Assembly: GCF_001564455.1 (NCBI RefSeq)
Contig: NZ_CP011391.1
Coordinates: 1,440,001-1,472,000, forward strand
Origin: Faecalibaculum rodentium
GTDB lineage: Bacteria > Bacillota_I > Bacilli_A > Erysipelotrichales > Erysipelotrichaceae
Direction of reading: 5' to 3'
Length of the DNA stretch: 32,000 nt
Under the pieces are notes generated by a model that saw only the letters and a program-made list of their open reading frames with translations, ran no database searches and was not told the DNA's origin. The position numbers and the translations under genes were made by a program. Within the stretch, counting starts at the first letter, position 1. Each line of letters starts with the position of its first letter. This document shows, in pieces, positions 7,711-16,948 of the stretch.

Positions 7711-9351
7711 ATGAAGAAGTTTGTATCTGCGGCCTGCACCGGTCTGGTCTGCCTGTCCATGGCAGCCTGCGGATCCGGTGGCGGGACTGGCGGAACAGAC
7801 AGTGGATCTGAGTCTGGCAAGAAGCGGATCACGCTGGCCAAGGAAAACGATGTCATCTCCATGAACACAGCCTACGCCACAGACGGCATGTCATTTGAAA
7901 TGATCGCCGCCACAGTGGACGGACTGGAAGCCATGGATGCGGACGGAAACGTTATTCCGGCCCTGGCAGAAAGCTATGACCTGTCAGACGATGAGCTGAC
8001 CTACACATTCCACCTGCGGGATGCAAAATGGTCCAACGGCGAACCTGTCACCGCCCAGGATTTTGTCTTTGCCTGGAACGAGACAGTCAAGAGCCCCGAA
8101 GCGGAATACTCCTACCTGTTCACGCAGGACGGCGCCTGCATCAAGAATGCAGATGAAATCGTCTTCGATGAAAACAAGGATCTCGACCTGGCCGTCAAGG
8201 CAGTGGACGACAAGACCCTGGAAGTGCAGCTCTCCAAGAAGTGCCCCTACTTCCTGTCCCTCATGACATTCCCGGTATTCTACCCGATCAACCAGGAATT
8301 CTTCGAGGAACAGGGCGATCAGTATGCACTGACACCGGATGCGCTGCTGGCATGCGGCCCCTATGTCCTGACAGAATGGACCAAGGGCCAGAGCCTGAAG
8401 CTGGACAAGAACCAGGACTACTGGGATGCGGACAACGTGGCCATCGACGGCATGGATGTCAACATCGTGCCGGAAGTCTCCACCTCCGCGCTGGACTTCG
8501 AAAACGGCAACACCGACTGGACGAAGCTGAACTCCACGCTGGTGGACAAGTACAAGGACAACGAAGCCTATGACACCTTCCTGGAAGGCTACCTCTGGTA
8601 CCTGCAGTTCAACCTGAACAACAAGTACCTGGATAACGCCAACCTGCGCAAGGCCATCGGCACCGTGGTTGACCGCGACAACCTGGTCAACAACGTCCTG
8701 AAGGACGGTTCCATCAACATCGGCGGTTTCGTGCCCCAGGAATTCACCACCGGACCCGACGGCAAAGACTACCGTGCCACGGCCGACAAGTTCTACACCG
8801 AAGTCGGCGAAGACGGTCTGAAGGCTGCGCAGGAATACTGGGACAAGGCAAAAAAAGAGCTGGGCGTCGACAAGATCACGCTGAAGCTGCTGTACGAGCC
8901 CTCCGATCCCGCCAAACCGGCTGCCGAGTTCATCCAGAGCGAGATCCAGAAACTGGACGGCATCACCATCGAGATGGTCAGCCAGGAAAAGGAAAACCGC
9001 ATCGAGAAGCAGAAAGCCCGCGACTTTGACATCGTGCTCACACGGTGGGGCCCGGACTATGCCGACCCGACGACGTACCTGAACCTGATGATCACGGGCA
9101 ACTCCTACAACTATGGTGACTACCACAGCGAGGCATATGACGCCAAAATGGAGGAAGCTGCGAATGCCGCCACGCCGGAAGAGCGCTGGACGGCCCTGCA
9201 GGAAGCCGAGAAGATCCTCATGGAGGATTCCCCGGTTGTCGGTGTCTTCCAGGTCGGCGGCGCTGCACTGAAGAACCCGAAAGTCACGGGCATCGAAGAC
9301 CACTCCTTCGGTGTTCCCTATATCTACAAGAACGTGAAAATCGAAGAGTAA
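7711..9351 (+). CDS. oppA: peptide/nickel ABC transporter substrate-binding lipoprotein (SBP family 5, OppA-like)
   Basis: The ATG at 7711 gives lipoprotein signal MKKFVSAACTGLVCLSMAAC and is preceded by GAGGAGG. The family-5 body includes WSNGEPVTAQDF, YWDADNV and RWGPDYADP. The ORF-track start at 7681 is an upstream GTG and is less likely. Confidence 0.9.
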   Translation: MKKFVSAACTGLVCLSMAACGSGGGTGGTDSGSESGKKRITLAKENDVISMNTAYATDGMSFEMIAATVDGLEAMDADGNVIPALAESYDLSDDELTYTFHLRDAKWSNGEPVTAQDFVFAWNETVKSPEAEYSYLFTQDGACIKNADEIVFDENKDLDLAVKAVDDKTLEVQLSKKCPYFLSLMTFPVFYPINQEFFEEQGDQYALTPDALLACGPYVLTEWTKGQSLKLDKNQDYWDADNVAIDGMDVNIVPEVSTSALDFENGNTDWTKLNSTLVDKYKDNEAYDTFLEGYLWYLQFNLNNKYLDNANLRKAIGTVVDRDNLVNNVLKDGSINIGGFVPQEFTTGPDGKDYRATADKFYTEVGEDGLKAAQEYWDKAKKELGVDKITLKLLYEPSDPAKPAAEFIQSEIQKLDGITIEMVSQEKENRIEKQKARDFDIVLTRWGPDYADPTTYLNLMITGNSYNYGDYHSEAYDAKMEEAANAATPEERWTALQEAEKILMEDSPVVGVFQVGGAALKNPKVTGIEDHSFGVPYIYKNVKIEE

Positions 9352-9366
9352 CGATCAGGGTGGATC

Positions 9367-9396
9367 AGAGCTGCCAGTCGGCAGCTCTTTCTTGTT
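9367..9396 (+). terminator. intercistronic hairpin/attenuator between oppA and oppB
   Basis: AGAGCTGCC pairs with GGCAGCTCT (9 bp) around loop AGTC, followed by TTCTTGTT. Confidence 0.6.
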
Positions 9397-9420
9397 ATGT
9401 AACGATCAGAAAGGAAAATC

Positions 9421-10368
9421 ATGGACAAGTCAACGATCAAGTATATACTGAAGCGTCTGGCGATTTCTGTGGTAACTCTGCTGGTGATCGTCCTGGTGCT
9501 GTTTCTGCTCATGAAAATGATGCCCGGCACCCCGTTCAACGACGAAAAACTGACAGAGACACAGAAGGCCGCCATCTACGCTGCCTATGGTCTGGACAAA
9601 CCGGTACTGGAACAGTTCTGGATCTATATCTGCAACATGCTGAAGGGCGACTTCGGCATCTCCTATGCGATTCAGCGGAACATGAGCGTCTCCTCTCTCG
9701 TGGGCCCGCGGATCGGTGTATCCTTCGGCCTGGGCATCGGTGCTGTCATCATCGGCACGATTTTCGGCATCCTGCTGGGCATTGTCGCCGCGCTGAACCG
9801 GAACACCTTCTGGGACACATTTGCCACGGTGCTGTCCGTCATCGGTGTCTCCATCCCCTCTTTCGTATTCTGCCTGCTGCTCCTGATCCTGTTTGGCGTT
9901 GAGTGGCCGGTGCTGCCTGTTCTATATAATTCCAGCAATGCCTTCCAGTCATCGATCATTCCCATGGTCGCCCTGAGCATGGGCGTCATTGCCAACGTGG
10001 CGCGGTTCACGCGGTCTGAAATGATTGAGGTCATGGGCAGTGAATACATCCAGCTGGCGGAAGCCAAGGGCATTTCCCGCCGGCACCTGATTTTCCACCA
10101 CGCGATCCGCAACTGCCTGATCCCGGTCATCACGGTGCTGGGACCCATCATTGTCGGGCTCATGACCGGCTCCATGGTCATTGAGAAGATCTGCGCGATC
10201 CCGGGACTCGGGTCCCTGCTGGTCAAGGCCATCGAGGTGCGTGACTACAACGTCATCCTGGCCGTTTCCTTCCTCTACTCGGTTCTCTACATCGTCGTGA
10301 TGCTGATAGTGGACGTGGCCTATGGCATCATCGATCCGCGCATCCGGCTTGGAAAGGATGAAGCATAA
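9421..10368 (+). CDS. oppB: oligopeptide ABC transporter permease (OppB-like)
   Basis: 315 aa. N-terminal YILKRL...TLLVI motif and an EAA-like loop (YIQLAEAKGISRRHLIFHHAIRN). Confidence 0.9.
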   Translation: MDKSTIKYILKRLAISVVTLLVIVLVLFLLMKMMPGTPFNDEKLTETQKAAIYAAYGLDKPVLEQFWIYICNMLKGDFGISYAIQRNMSVSSLVGPRIGVSFGLGIGAVIIGTIFGILLGIVAALNRNTFWDTFATVLSVIGVSIPSFVFCLLLLILFGVEWPVLPVLYNSSNAFQSSIIPMVALSMGVIANVARFTRSEMIEVMGSEYIQLAEAKGISRRHLIFHHAIRNCLIPVITVLGPIIVGLMTGSMVIEKICAIPGLGSLLVKAIEVRDYNVILAVSFLYSVLYIVVMLIVDVAYGIIDPRIRLGKDEA

Positions 10369-11411
10369 TGGCGAAAATTGTCCGAACCCAGAAAGATCTG
10401 GATGAATTCCTGGAAGGCTACCATGTGATGCCCCAGGACTATGAACTGATTGACATTCCCACACGGTTCGATCATGACGAAGTGGCTCCTTCGAGCACGT
10501 TCATGCATGATGTGTGGGTGCGGTTCAAGTCCAACAAAGGCGCCCTGATCGGTGCGGCGGTGATCCTGGTGTTCCTCGTTCTCTCCTTCTTGTGCCCGGC
10601 TGTCTCCAGGTACACCTTTGACGGCGTGGATACTGCCCAGCAGTCCATGTCTCCCCGGATCCCGGGCCTGACGTGGATCCCCTGGTTCTCCGGCGGATCG
10701 GGCATTGTGCAGTATACCGGCGACTTTGCGAACACCTTCCACTACTTCGGGACAGATGTCCTGGGGCGCGATTTGTGGGTGCGGTGCTGGGAAGGCTGCC
10801 GGATCTCCCTGTTCGTTGCGGGAACCGCGGTGCTGGTCAATGTCTTCATCGGCATTCTGTACGGCATGATCTCCGGCTACTTCGGCGGCTGGGTGGATTC
10901 CATCATGCAGCGGTTCCAGGAAATCGTGAACTCGATCCCGACCCTGGTCATCCTGACGCTTCTGCTGCTGGTCATGAAACCGGGCCTGTATACGATCATC
11001 GTGGCGCTGATCCTGACGGAGTGGATCGGCATGGCCCGGATCACCCGGGCGCAGGTGCTGAAGATCAAGGAACAGGAGTTCATCCTGGCATCCCGTACCC
11101 TGGGTGCGTCGGGATTCTTTATCATCTTCAAGAAGGTTTTGCCCAACATCTTCGGGCAGATCATCATCATGGCGATGTTCTCGATCCCCAACGCGATTTT
11201 CTATGAAGCGTTCCTGGCCATGGTCGGCCTGGGCATTCCCGCCCCGCAGGCATCCCTGGGTTCGCTGATCAACGACGGCTTCAAGTCGATCCTTGTCACG
11301 CCGTACCAGGTGGTGATTCCTGTGATCATCCTGGGCATCCTGATGCTGTCCTTCAACATGATGGCCGACGGACTGCGTGATGCCTTCGACCCGAAGATGA
11401 AAGAGATGTAA
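10368..11411 (+). CDS. oppC: oligopeptide ABC transporter permease (OppC-like)
   Basis: 347 aa. Motifs HYFGTDVLGRDLW and EFILASRTLGASGFFIIFKKVLPN. The start overlaps the oppB stop (ATAATG). Confidence 0.9.
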   Translation: MAKIVRTQKDLDEFLEGYHVMPQDYELIDIPTRFDHDEVAPSSTFMHDVWVRFKSNKGALIGAAVILVFLVLSFLCPAVSRYTFDGVDTAQQSMSPRIPGLTWIPWFSGGSGIVQYTGDFANTFHYFGTDVLGRDLWVRCWEGCRISLFVAGTAVLVNVFIGILYGMISGYFGGWVDSIMQRFQEIVNSIPTLVILTLLLLVMKPGLYTIIVALILTEWIGMARITRAQVLKIKEQEFILASRTLGASGFFIIFKKVLPNIFGQIIIMAMFSIPNAIFYEAFLAMVGLGIPAPQASLGSLINDGFKSILVTPYQVVIPVIILGILMLSFNMMADGLRDAFDPKMKEM

Positions 11412-11421
11412 GGAGGATATC

Positions 11422-12570
11422 ATGGCTGACACACAACCCATTCTGAAGATCCGCGACCTGGACATCTCCTTCAAGACCGACGGAGGCAATGTCAAGGCGG
11501 TGCGCGGCGTGGACCTGGACCTGCACAAGGGCGAGACCATTGCCATCGTGGGTGAGTCCGGTTCCGGAAAATCCGTCACCACGAAAGCGGTGATGGGCAT
11601 CCTGGCGGGCAACGGCACGATCAACAACGGAACAATCGAATATACCTATGCCGACATGAGTCCGGAGCGCATTGCCGAGGTCCAGGAAAAGTACGACGGG
11701 GTGATCCCGGAGGGGTACCTGAAACCTGAGGAAATCAAAACGGTGGATATCGTCCAGAGCGCCCCGAAATTCATTCAGTCCCAGATCCGCGGCCGGCGCA
11801 TTGCCATGGTGTTCCAGGACCCGATGACATCGCTGGATCCCACGATGACCATCGGCAAGCAGGTGATGGAAGCCATGCGCTTCCACTACAACACCCCGAA
11901 GCAGGAGGCCTGGAAAAAGGCCGTCCGTCTGCTGGAGCTGGTGGGGATCACCGATGCGGAGAAGCGGATGAAGAACTATCCGCATCAGCTGTCAGGCGGT
12001 ATGCGGCAGCGTGTGGTCATTGCGATCGCGCTGTCCTGCGATCCGGAGGTGCTGATCTGTGATGAGCCCACCACGGCGCTGGACGTGACGATCCAGGCCA
12101 AGATCCTGGAGCTGATCAAGGAGATCCAGAAGAAGAAGGACCTCTCGGTCATCTACATTACCCATGACCTGGGTGTGGTGGCCAAAGTCGCGGACTATGT
12201 CAATGTCATGTACGCCGGGCGCATCATCGAGACGGGTACGGTCAACGAGATCTTCTACGATCCGCGGCACCCCTACACCTGGGGTCTGCTGGCGTCCATG
12301 CCCGATGTGGATTCAAGCGATGACGAACTGTACACGATTCCCGGCACCCCGCCCAACATGCTGCATGAACCGGTTGGCGATGCCTTTGCGCCCCGGAACC
12401 GCTTTGCACTGCAGATCGATGAAAAAGTTGCGCCGCCGATGTTCGAGCTGACACCGACGCACAAAGTCGCATCCTGGCTGGCGGCACCCAATGCCCCGAA
12501 GGTGGAGATGCCGGAGGACCTGAAAAAGCGGATCAACCGCATGAAGAAGGAGGCGGATCTCAATGTCTGA
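11422..12570 (+). CDS. oppD: oligopeptide ABC transporter ATP-binding protein (OppD-like) with an internal insertion
   Basis: Walker A GESGSGKS, signature LSGGMRQR, Walker [12 protein letters not shown] and C-terminal oligopeptide domain [12 protein letters not shown]. About 30 extra residues lie between Walker A and the Q-loop. Confidence 0.9.
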   Translation: MADTQPILKIRDLDISFKTDGGNVKAVRGVDLDLHKGETIAIVGESGSGKSVTTKAVMGILAGNGTINNGTIEYTYADMSPERIAEVQEKYDGVIPEGYLKPEEIKTVDIVQSAPKFIQSQIRGRRIAMVFQDPMTSLDPTMTIGKQVMEAMRFHYNTPKQEAWKKAVRLLELVGITDAEKRMKNYPHQLSGGMRQRVVIAIALSCDPEVLICDEPTTALDVTIQAKILELIKEIQKKKDLSVIYITHDLGVVAKVADYVNVMYAGRIIETGTVNEIFYDPRHPYTWGLLASMPDVDSSDDELYTIPGTPPNMLHEPVGDAFAPRNRFALQIDEKVAPPMFELTPTHKVASWLAAPNAPKVEMPEDLKKRINRMKKEADLNV

Positions 12571-13510
12571 ACGCATTCTGGACGTCAAGGGACTCAAGCA
12601 GCATTTCCGGATCAACCGGAAATTCACGGTGAAGGCAGTGGACGGCATCGACTTTCACATCGATGAAGGAGAAACCTATGGCCTGGTGGGAGAATCCGGG
12701 TCCGGCAAGTCCACCACCGGCCGGTCCATCATCCGGCTGTACGATCCGACAGACGGCGAAATCACCTTCTGCGGCCGGGATATTTCCGGGAAGATGAGCA
12801 AGGACGACGAGCGCTTTCTGCACACAAACATGCAGATGATCTTCCAGGACCCCATGGCGTGCCTGAACCCGCGGGAAAAGGTCATGGACATCATTGCGGA
12901 GGGTCTGGATATCCATAAGCTGTACAAGACGGAAGACGAGCGCCGGCAGAAAGTCTACGACATGCTGGAGCTGGTGGGACTGTCGAAGGAACACGCCAAC
13001 CGCTATCCCCACCAGTTCTCCGGCGGACAGCGCCAGCGGATCGGGATCGCCCGGGCGCTGGTCATGGACCCGCAGCTGATCATTGCGGATGAAGCCATTT
13101 CCGCCCTGGATGTGTCCATCCAGGCGCAGGTCGTGAACCTGATGAAGAAGATCCAGAAGGAATACAACACAGCGTTCCTGTTCATTGCCCACGACCTGTC
13201 CATGGTCAAGTACATCTCGGACCGGATCGGTGTCATGCATATGGGCCATCTGGTGGAAACAGGCACCACGGAGGAAATCTTCCGCAATCCCATCCACCCA
13301 TATACAAGATCTCTGCTGTCGGCCATACCGGAGCCGAACCCGGTGGTGGAAAAGGAACGGATCTCCCTCTCCTACGACCAGAAGGAAGCCGGTGTGGACT
13401 ACACAAAGGGCACCAGACACCTGGTGGATGGCGACCACTATGTGCTGGCCACGGATGAGGAATTCGAGAAGTGGACCAGAGAGGCGGCCGGTGAGCCTGC
13501 CCTTGCCTGA
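12563..13510 (+). CDS. oppF: oligopeptide ABC transporter ATP-binding protein (OppF-like)
   Basis: Walker [10 protein letters not shown], signature FSGGQRQR, Walker B IIADEAISALD and motif NPIHPYT. It overlaps oppD by 8 nt. Confidence 0.9.
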   Translation: MSERILDVKGLKQHFRINRKFTVKAVDGIDFHIDEGETYGLVGESGSGKSTTGRSIIRLYDPTDGEITFCGRDISGKMSKDDERFLHTNMQMIFQDPMACLNPREKVMDIIAEGLDIHKLYKTEDERRQKVYDMLELVGLSKEHANRYPHQFSGGQRQRIGIARALVMDPQLIIADEAISALDVSIQAQVVNLMKKIQKEYNTAFLFIAHDLSMVKYISDRIGVMHMGHLVETGTTEEIFRNPIHPYTRSLLSAIPEPNPVVEKERISLSYDQKEAGVDYTKGTRHLVDGDHYVLATDEEFEKWTREAAGEPALA

Positions 13511-13525
13511 GTTTCCCTGTCACAC

Positions 13526-13570
13526 AGCCTGTCTGTCAGATCCTGCGGGACCTGCCGGACAGGCTTTTTC
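13526..13570 (+). terminator. opp operon terminator
   Basis: AGCCTGTC (13526-13533) pairs with GACAGGCT (13558-13565) around a structured loop, followed by a T run to 13569. Confidence 0.6.
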
Positions 13571-13661
13571 GTGTCCTGCAGGCATGCTGCAGTCCGCAGC
13601 TGACAGGGCTGCGTTTCCCTGCCTGTCCACGGCTGTCCGAAGCAGTGTGCGACAGCAGGTA

Positions 13662-13670
13662 TGGTAGAAT
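13662..13670 (+). promoter_or_regulatory. extended -10 promoter immediately upstream of ppk1
   Basis: TGgTAGAAT (TG at 13662-13663, hexamer at 13665-13670). The last T of the hexamer is 7 nt before the A of the ppk1 ATG. Confidence 0.45.
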
Positions 13671-13676
13671 CTGTGT

Positions 13677-15803
13677 ATGGAAGAAAAACGATACCCATTC
13701 ACGCAGAACCGGGAAATCTCCTGGCTGCGTTTCAATCAGAGAGTGCTGGAGGAAGCCTCGGATCCCCGTGTGCCGCTGCTGGAACGGCTGAAGTTCCTGG
13801 CGATTTTCACGAGCAACCTGGATGAATTTTTCATGGTCCGCTGCGGCTCCCTCTATGACCAGATGCTGTTCGGCCCTGACCAGGCGGATGCCAAGAGCGG
13901 CATGACGCCCAAAGAGCAGCTGCAGGCGATCTACCTGGAAGCCCGAAAGCTCTACGCCATACGGGATGCGGTGTACCGGGATGTGAACAAGACGCTGCAG
14001 GCGCTGTACCTGGCCAATGTCTCGCGCAAGAACATGAGCCGGAAGCAGCAGAAGTCCCTGCAGCAGGAATTCGAGCACAAGATCCTGCCGCTGCTGTCGC
14101 CGCAGATCATCGACGCCCATCATCCCTTCCCGCACCTCATCAACAAAGAGCAGTACATTTTCTGCGAGCTGCAGCTCAACAACGGGAAGAAGCGCTTCGG
14201 GATCATTCCCGTGCCCTCGTTCCTGGATCGTGTGATCCCGGTCCCCGATACCCGGGATGACTACATGCTCGTGGAGCAGCTCATTCTCCAGCATGTGGAC
14301 AAAGTCTTCCCGAAATCCCGGGTGGTGTTCAAGACCATCATCCGGGTGACGAGAAATGCCGACATCAACCTGAATGACAAGGACATCGACGAAGACGAAG
14401 ACTACCGGCAGTACATGAAGAAGATCCTGAAGAAGCGCAGCCGGCTGTCGGCGATCCGGCTGGAGATGTACAAATACACGAACCCGGAAGCCGTTTCGTA
14501 TCTGTGCAGCCACCTGCACATCGAGCCGGAGCAAGTCTTTGTCTCTCGCGTGCCGCTGGAACTGAAGCACCTCTTCCAGGTCGTGGGTTCGGCTCCGTCC
14601 TCCCGCACAGCTCCCCTGCTTTATCAGCCCTTTACGCCGGAGACTACCACGCAGCTCGATCCGGAGAAGCCGCTCATCCCACAGATCGCGGACCACGACG
14701 TGCTGCTGTTCTATCCCTACCAGGACATCGACCTGTTTCTGAAGCTGCTCAAGGAAGCGGCCTGGGACAAAAACGTCGTCTCCATCAAGATCACCATCTA
14801 CCGCCTGGCGGACAACTCCAAGGTCGTGGACTATCTGGTGCAGGCGGCGGAAAACGGCAAGGAGGTCCTGGCGCTCATGGAGCTGCGGGCGCGGTTCGAT
14901 GAATCCAACAACATCCGCATGGCCGAGCGGCTGGAAAACGCCGACTGCACCGTGATTTACGGATTCGAGAACTACAAGGTGCACTCCAAGATCTGCCTGA
15001 TCACCTACCAGAGCCACGGCCAGATCCGCACCATCACCCAGATCGGCACAGGCAACTACAACGAAAAGACAAGCCGGCAGTACACCGACTTGTCGCTCAT
15101 GACCGGAGACCCGGTGATCGGGCAGGATGCCATCGCATTCTTCCAGAACATGCAGATTTCCAACCTCTCGGGGTCCTACAAGAAGCTGCTGACCAGTCCG
15201 CGGCAGCTCAAGCATGCGGTGATGGGCAAAATCGACCGGCAGATCGAGCTGGCAAAGGCCGGCAAGCCGTCGAGGATCATGCTGAAGATGAACTCCATCA
15301 CGGACCTGGACCTGATTGCCAAACTGCAGGAGGCGGGCATGGCCGGTGTACCGGTGACGATGGTGGTGCGAGGCATCTGCTGTCTGCTGCCGGGGATCCC
15401 GGGACAGACGGAAAACATCCGGATCTACTCCATTGTCGGACGGTTCCTGGAACACTCCCGGATCTACATCTTCGGGCCGGATGAGGACATGGAGATGTAC
15501 ATCTCCAGCGCGGATTTCATGACCCGGAATACCGAACGGCGGGTGGAAATCGCCGCACCGGTGACCGATCCTGCCCTGCGGTTGCGGATCCTGGCGTATT
15601 TCCAGTCGCTGCTCAAGGACAACCAGAAGCGCCGGGAACTGCTCCCGGATGGCACCTACAGCCCCATTGACCTGGGCGACGGCAGTCCCTACGATTCGCA
15701 GGCTGTGTGCATCCAGAAAGCCGAAAAGGACCGGTTTGTCCCGAAACCTGCACCGGATGGATTCATGCACCGGCTGCGCAAACGGCTGAAACGGCATAGA
15801 TGA
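13677..15803 (+). CDS. ppk1: polyphosphate kinase 1
   Basis: 708 aa. The N-terminus NREISWLRFNQRVLEEASDPRVPLLERLKFLAIFTSNLDEFFMVR is typical of PPK1, and PLD-like HSK motifs are present (YKVHSKICLI, FLEHSRIYIF). Confidence 0.95.
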   Translation: MEEKRYPFTQNREISWLRFNQRVLEEASDPRVPLLERLKFLAIFTSNLDEFFMVRCGSLYDQMLFGPDQADAKSGMTPKEQLQAIYLEARKLYAIRDAVYRDVNKTLQALYLANVSRKNMSRKQQKSLQQEFEHKILPLLSPQIIDAHHPFPHLINKEQYIFCELQLNNGKKRFGIIPVPSFLDRVIPVPDTRDDYMLVEQLILQHVDKVFPKSRVVFKTIIRVTRNADINLNDKDIDEDEDYRQYMKKILKKRSRLSAIRLEMYKYTNPEAVSYLCSHLHIEPEQVFVSRVPLELKHLFQVVGSAPSSRTAPLLYQPFTPETTTQLDPEKPLIPQIADHDVLLFYPYQDIDLFLKLLKEAAWDKNVVSIKITIYRLADNSKVVDYLVQAAENGKEVLALMELRARFDESNNIRMAERLENADCTVIYGFENYKVHSKICLITYQSHGQIRTITQIGTGNYNEKTSRQYTDLSLMTGDPVIGQDAIAFFQNMQISNLSGSYKKLLTSPRQLKHAVMGKIDRQIELAKAGKPSRIMLKMNSITDLDLIAKLQEAGMAGVPVTMVVRGICCLLPGIPGQTENIRIYSIVGRFLEHSRIYIFGPDEDMEMYISSADFMTRNTERRVEIAAPVTDPALRLRILAYFQSLLKDNQKRRELLPDGTYSPIDLGDGSPYDSQAVCIQKAEKDRFVPKPAPDGFMHRLRKRLKRHR

Positions 15804-15865
15804 CAGAAGTTTTGCCGGCTTCTGTCAGAGTCCACCCGGCTGGTCTATTCACAACTTCATACAGC

Positions 15866-15922
15866 AAAAGCTGCGGCTTCTCTGACTGACACAAATCAGC
15901 CGGAGAAAACCGCAGCTTTTTT
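15866..15922. terminator. bidirectional terminator between ppk1 and the transketolase genes
   Basis: A long imperfect hairpin: AAAAGCTGCGGCTTCTCTGA...TCAGCCGGAGAAAACCGCAGCTTTTTT. It has an A run on one side and T6 (15917-15922) on the other. Confidence 0.7.
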
Positions 15923-15967
15923 CGGATTGGAGAATGTGACTGGACTGGCAGGTTCCATCCACGCTGA

Positions 15968-16948
15968 TCAGCAGGCAGGAGCCATCTGGCGCACAATGGC
16001 GACTTTGGCATCACCCGGATACAGCCGCCGGGCACAGTCATCCAGGACCCGCTGAACAATGGCTTTGGCATCCAGTCCGTACTCCTGCATCAGCGCTTCA
16101 ACACTGCCGCTTTGCCCGAACCGGTCTTCGATGGCAATGGACCGGATCTTCTGCGGTTCCCTCACCGCTTCCCGGATGGCGGACCCGATCCCTCCTGCTT
16201 TCAGGTGTTCCTCAGCAACGAACACGACTGCATACTGTGTGATGATCTCATTCAGCAGATCCGTATTCAACGGTTTGATCACCGGCAGATCGTAGACAGC
16301 GGCTTCAATGCCCATGCCAGTCAGACGGTCAGCAGCAGCCAGGCATTCCCTGACCATGACACCACTGGCAATCAGCGCCACAGTTTCTCCGCTTCGCAGT
16401 TGGGGAATGGCGGCGGGATCAAAGACCGGTTCCTGTTCATACACCGGATCCACCGCCGCTCTGGACAGCCGGAGATAGGCAGGTCCCTCATATGCTGCAA
16501 GCCACTTCACCATGGCGGCGGTTTCCAGACCATCCGCAGGCTGCAGCACCATCATACCAGGGAGCATCCGCATCAGCCCGATATCTTCCAGACACTGGTG
16601 GCTGCCGCCGTCTTCGCCCACGGTGATCCCCGCATGGGTGGCGCACAGCTTTACATTGAGATGCGGATAGGCGATGGAGTTCCGGATCTGTTCATAGGCC
16701 CTGCCGGCCAGAAACATGGCAAAGCTGGAGGCAAAGGGTTTCAGTCCGGATACGGCCATCCCCGCTGCGATCCCTGCCATATTGCCTTCGGCGATCCCCA
16801 CCTGTACAAACTGTCCGGGGGCCGTTTTCTGTGTTTCTCCGGTTTTGGTGGCCGGGGCCAGATCCGCATCCAGCACGATGATGTCCGGATCCTGGACTGC
16901 CAGTTCTGCCAGTGTCTGTCCAAATGCTTCTCTTGTTGCCTGTCTCAT
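15968..16948 (-). CDS. transketolase, C-terminal (pyrimidine-binding) subunit
   Basis: 326 aa. Motifs FGQTLAELAVQDPDIIVLDADL, GIAEGNMAGIAAGMA and HAGITVGEDGGSHQ. It overlaps the upstream subunit gene by 4 nt. Confidence 0.9.
   Translation of the reverse strand: MRQATREAFGQTLAELAVQDPDIIVLDADLAPATKTGETQKTAPGQFVQVGIAEGNMAGIAAGMAVSGLKPFASSFAMFLAGRAYEQIRNSIAYPHLNVKLCATHAGITVGEDGGSHQCLEDIGLMRMLPGMMVLQPADGLETAAMVKWLAAYEGPAYLRLSRAAVDPVYEQEPVFDPAAIPQLRSGETVALIASGVMVRECLAAADRLTGMGIEAAVYDLPVIKPLNTDLLNEIITQYAVVFVAEEHLKAGGIGSAIREAVREPQKIRSIAIEDRFGQSGSVEALMQEYGLDAKAIVQRVLDDCARRLYPGDAKVAIVRQMAPAC

Noticed and set aside
13536-15797. 753-aa ORF antisense to the whole of ppk1. Similar long antisense ORFs occur at 5651..7501, 7984..9303, 10320..11627, 16112..17065, 19860..20876 and 29888..31177.
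   Set aside because: These are shadow ORFs. The ppk1 one is codon-aligned with the sense gene, which rarely uses TTA/CTA/TCA, so the complementary frame has no stops. The translations are low-complexity (R/G/H/D/P/Q-rich) and have no RBS. The sense-strand proteins are unambiguous family members.
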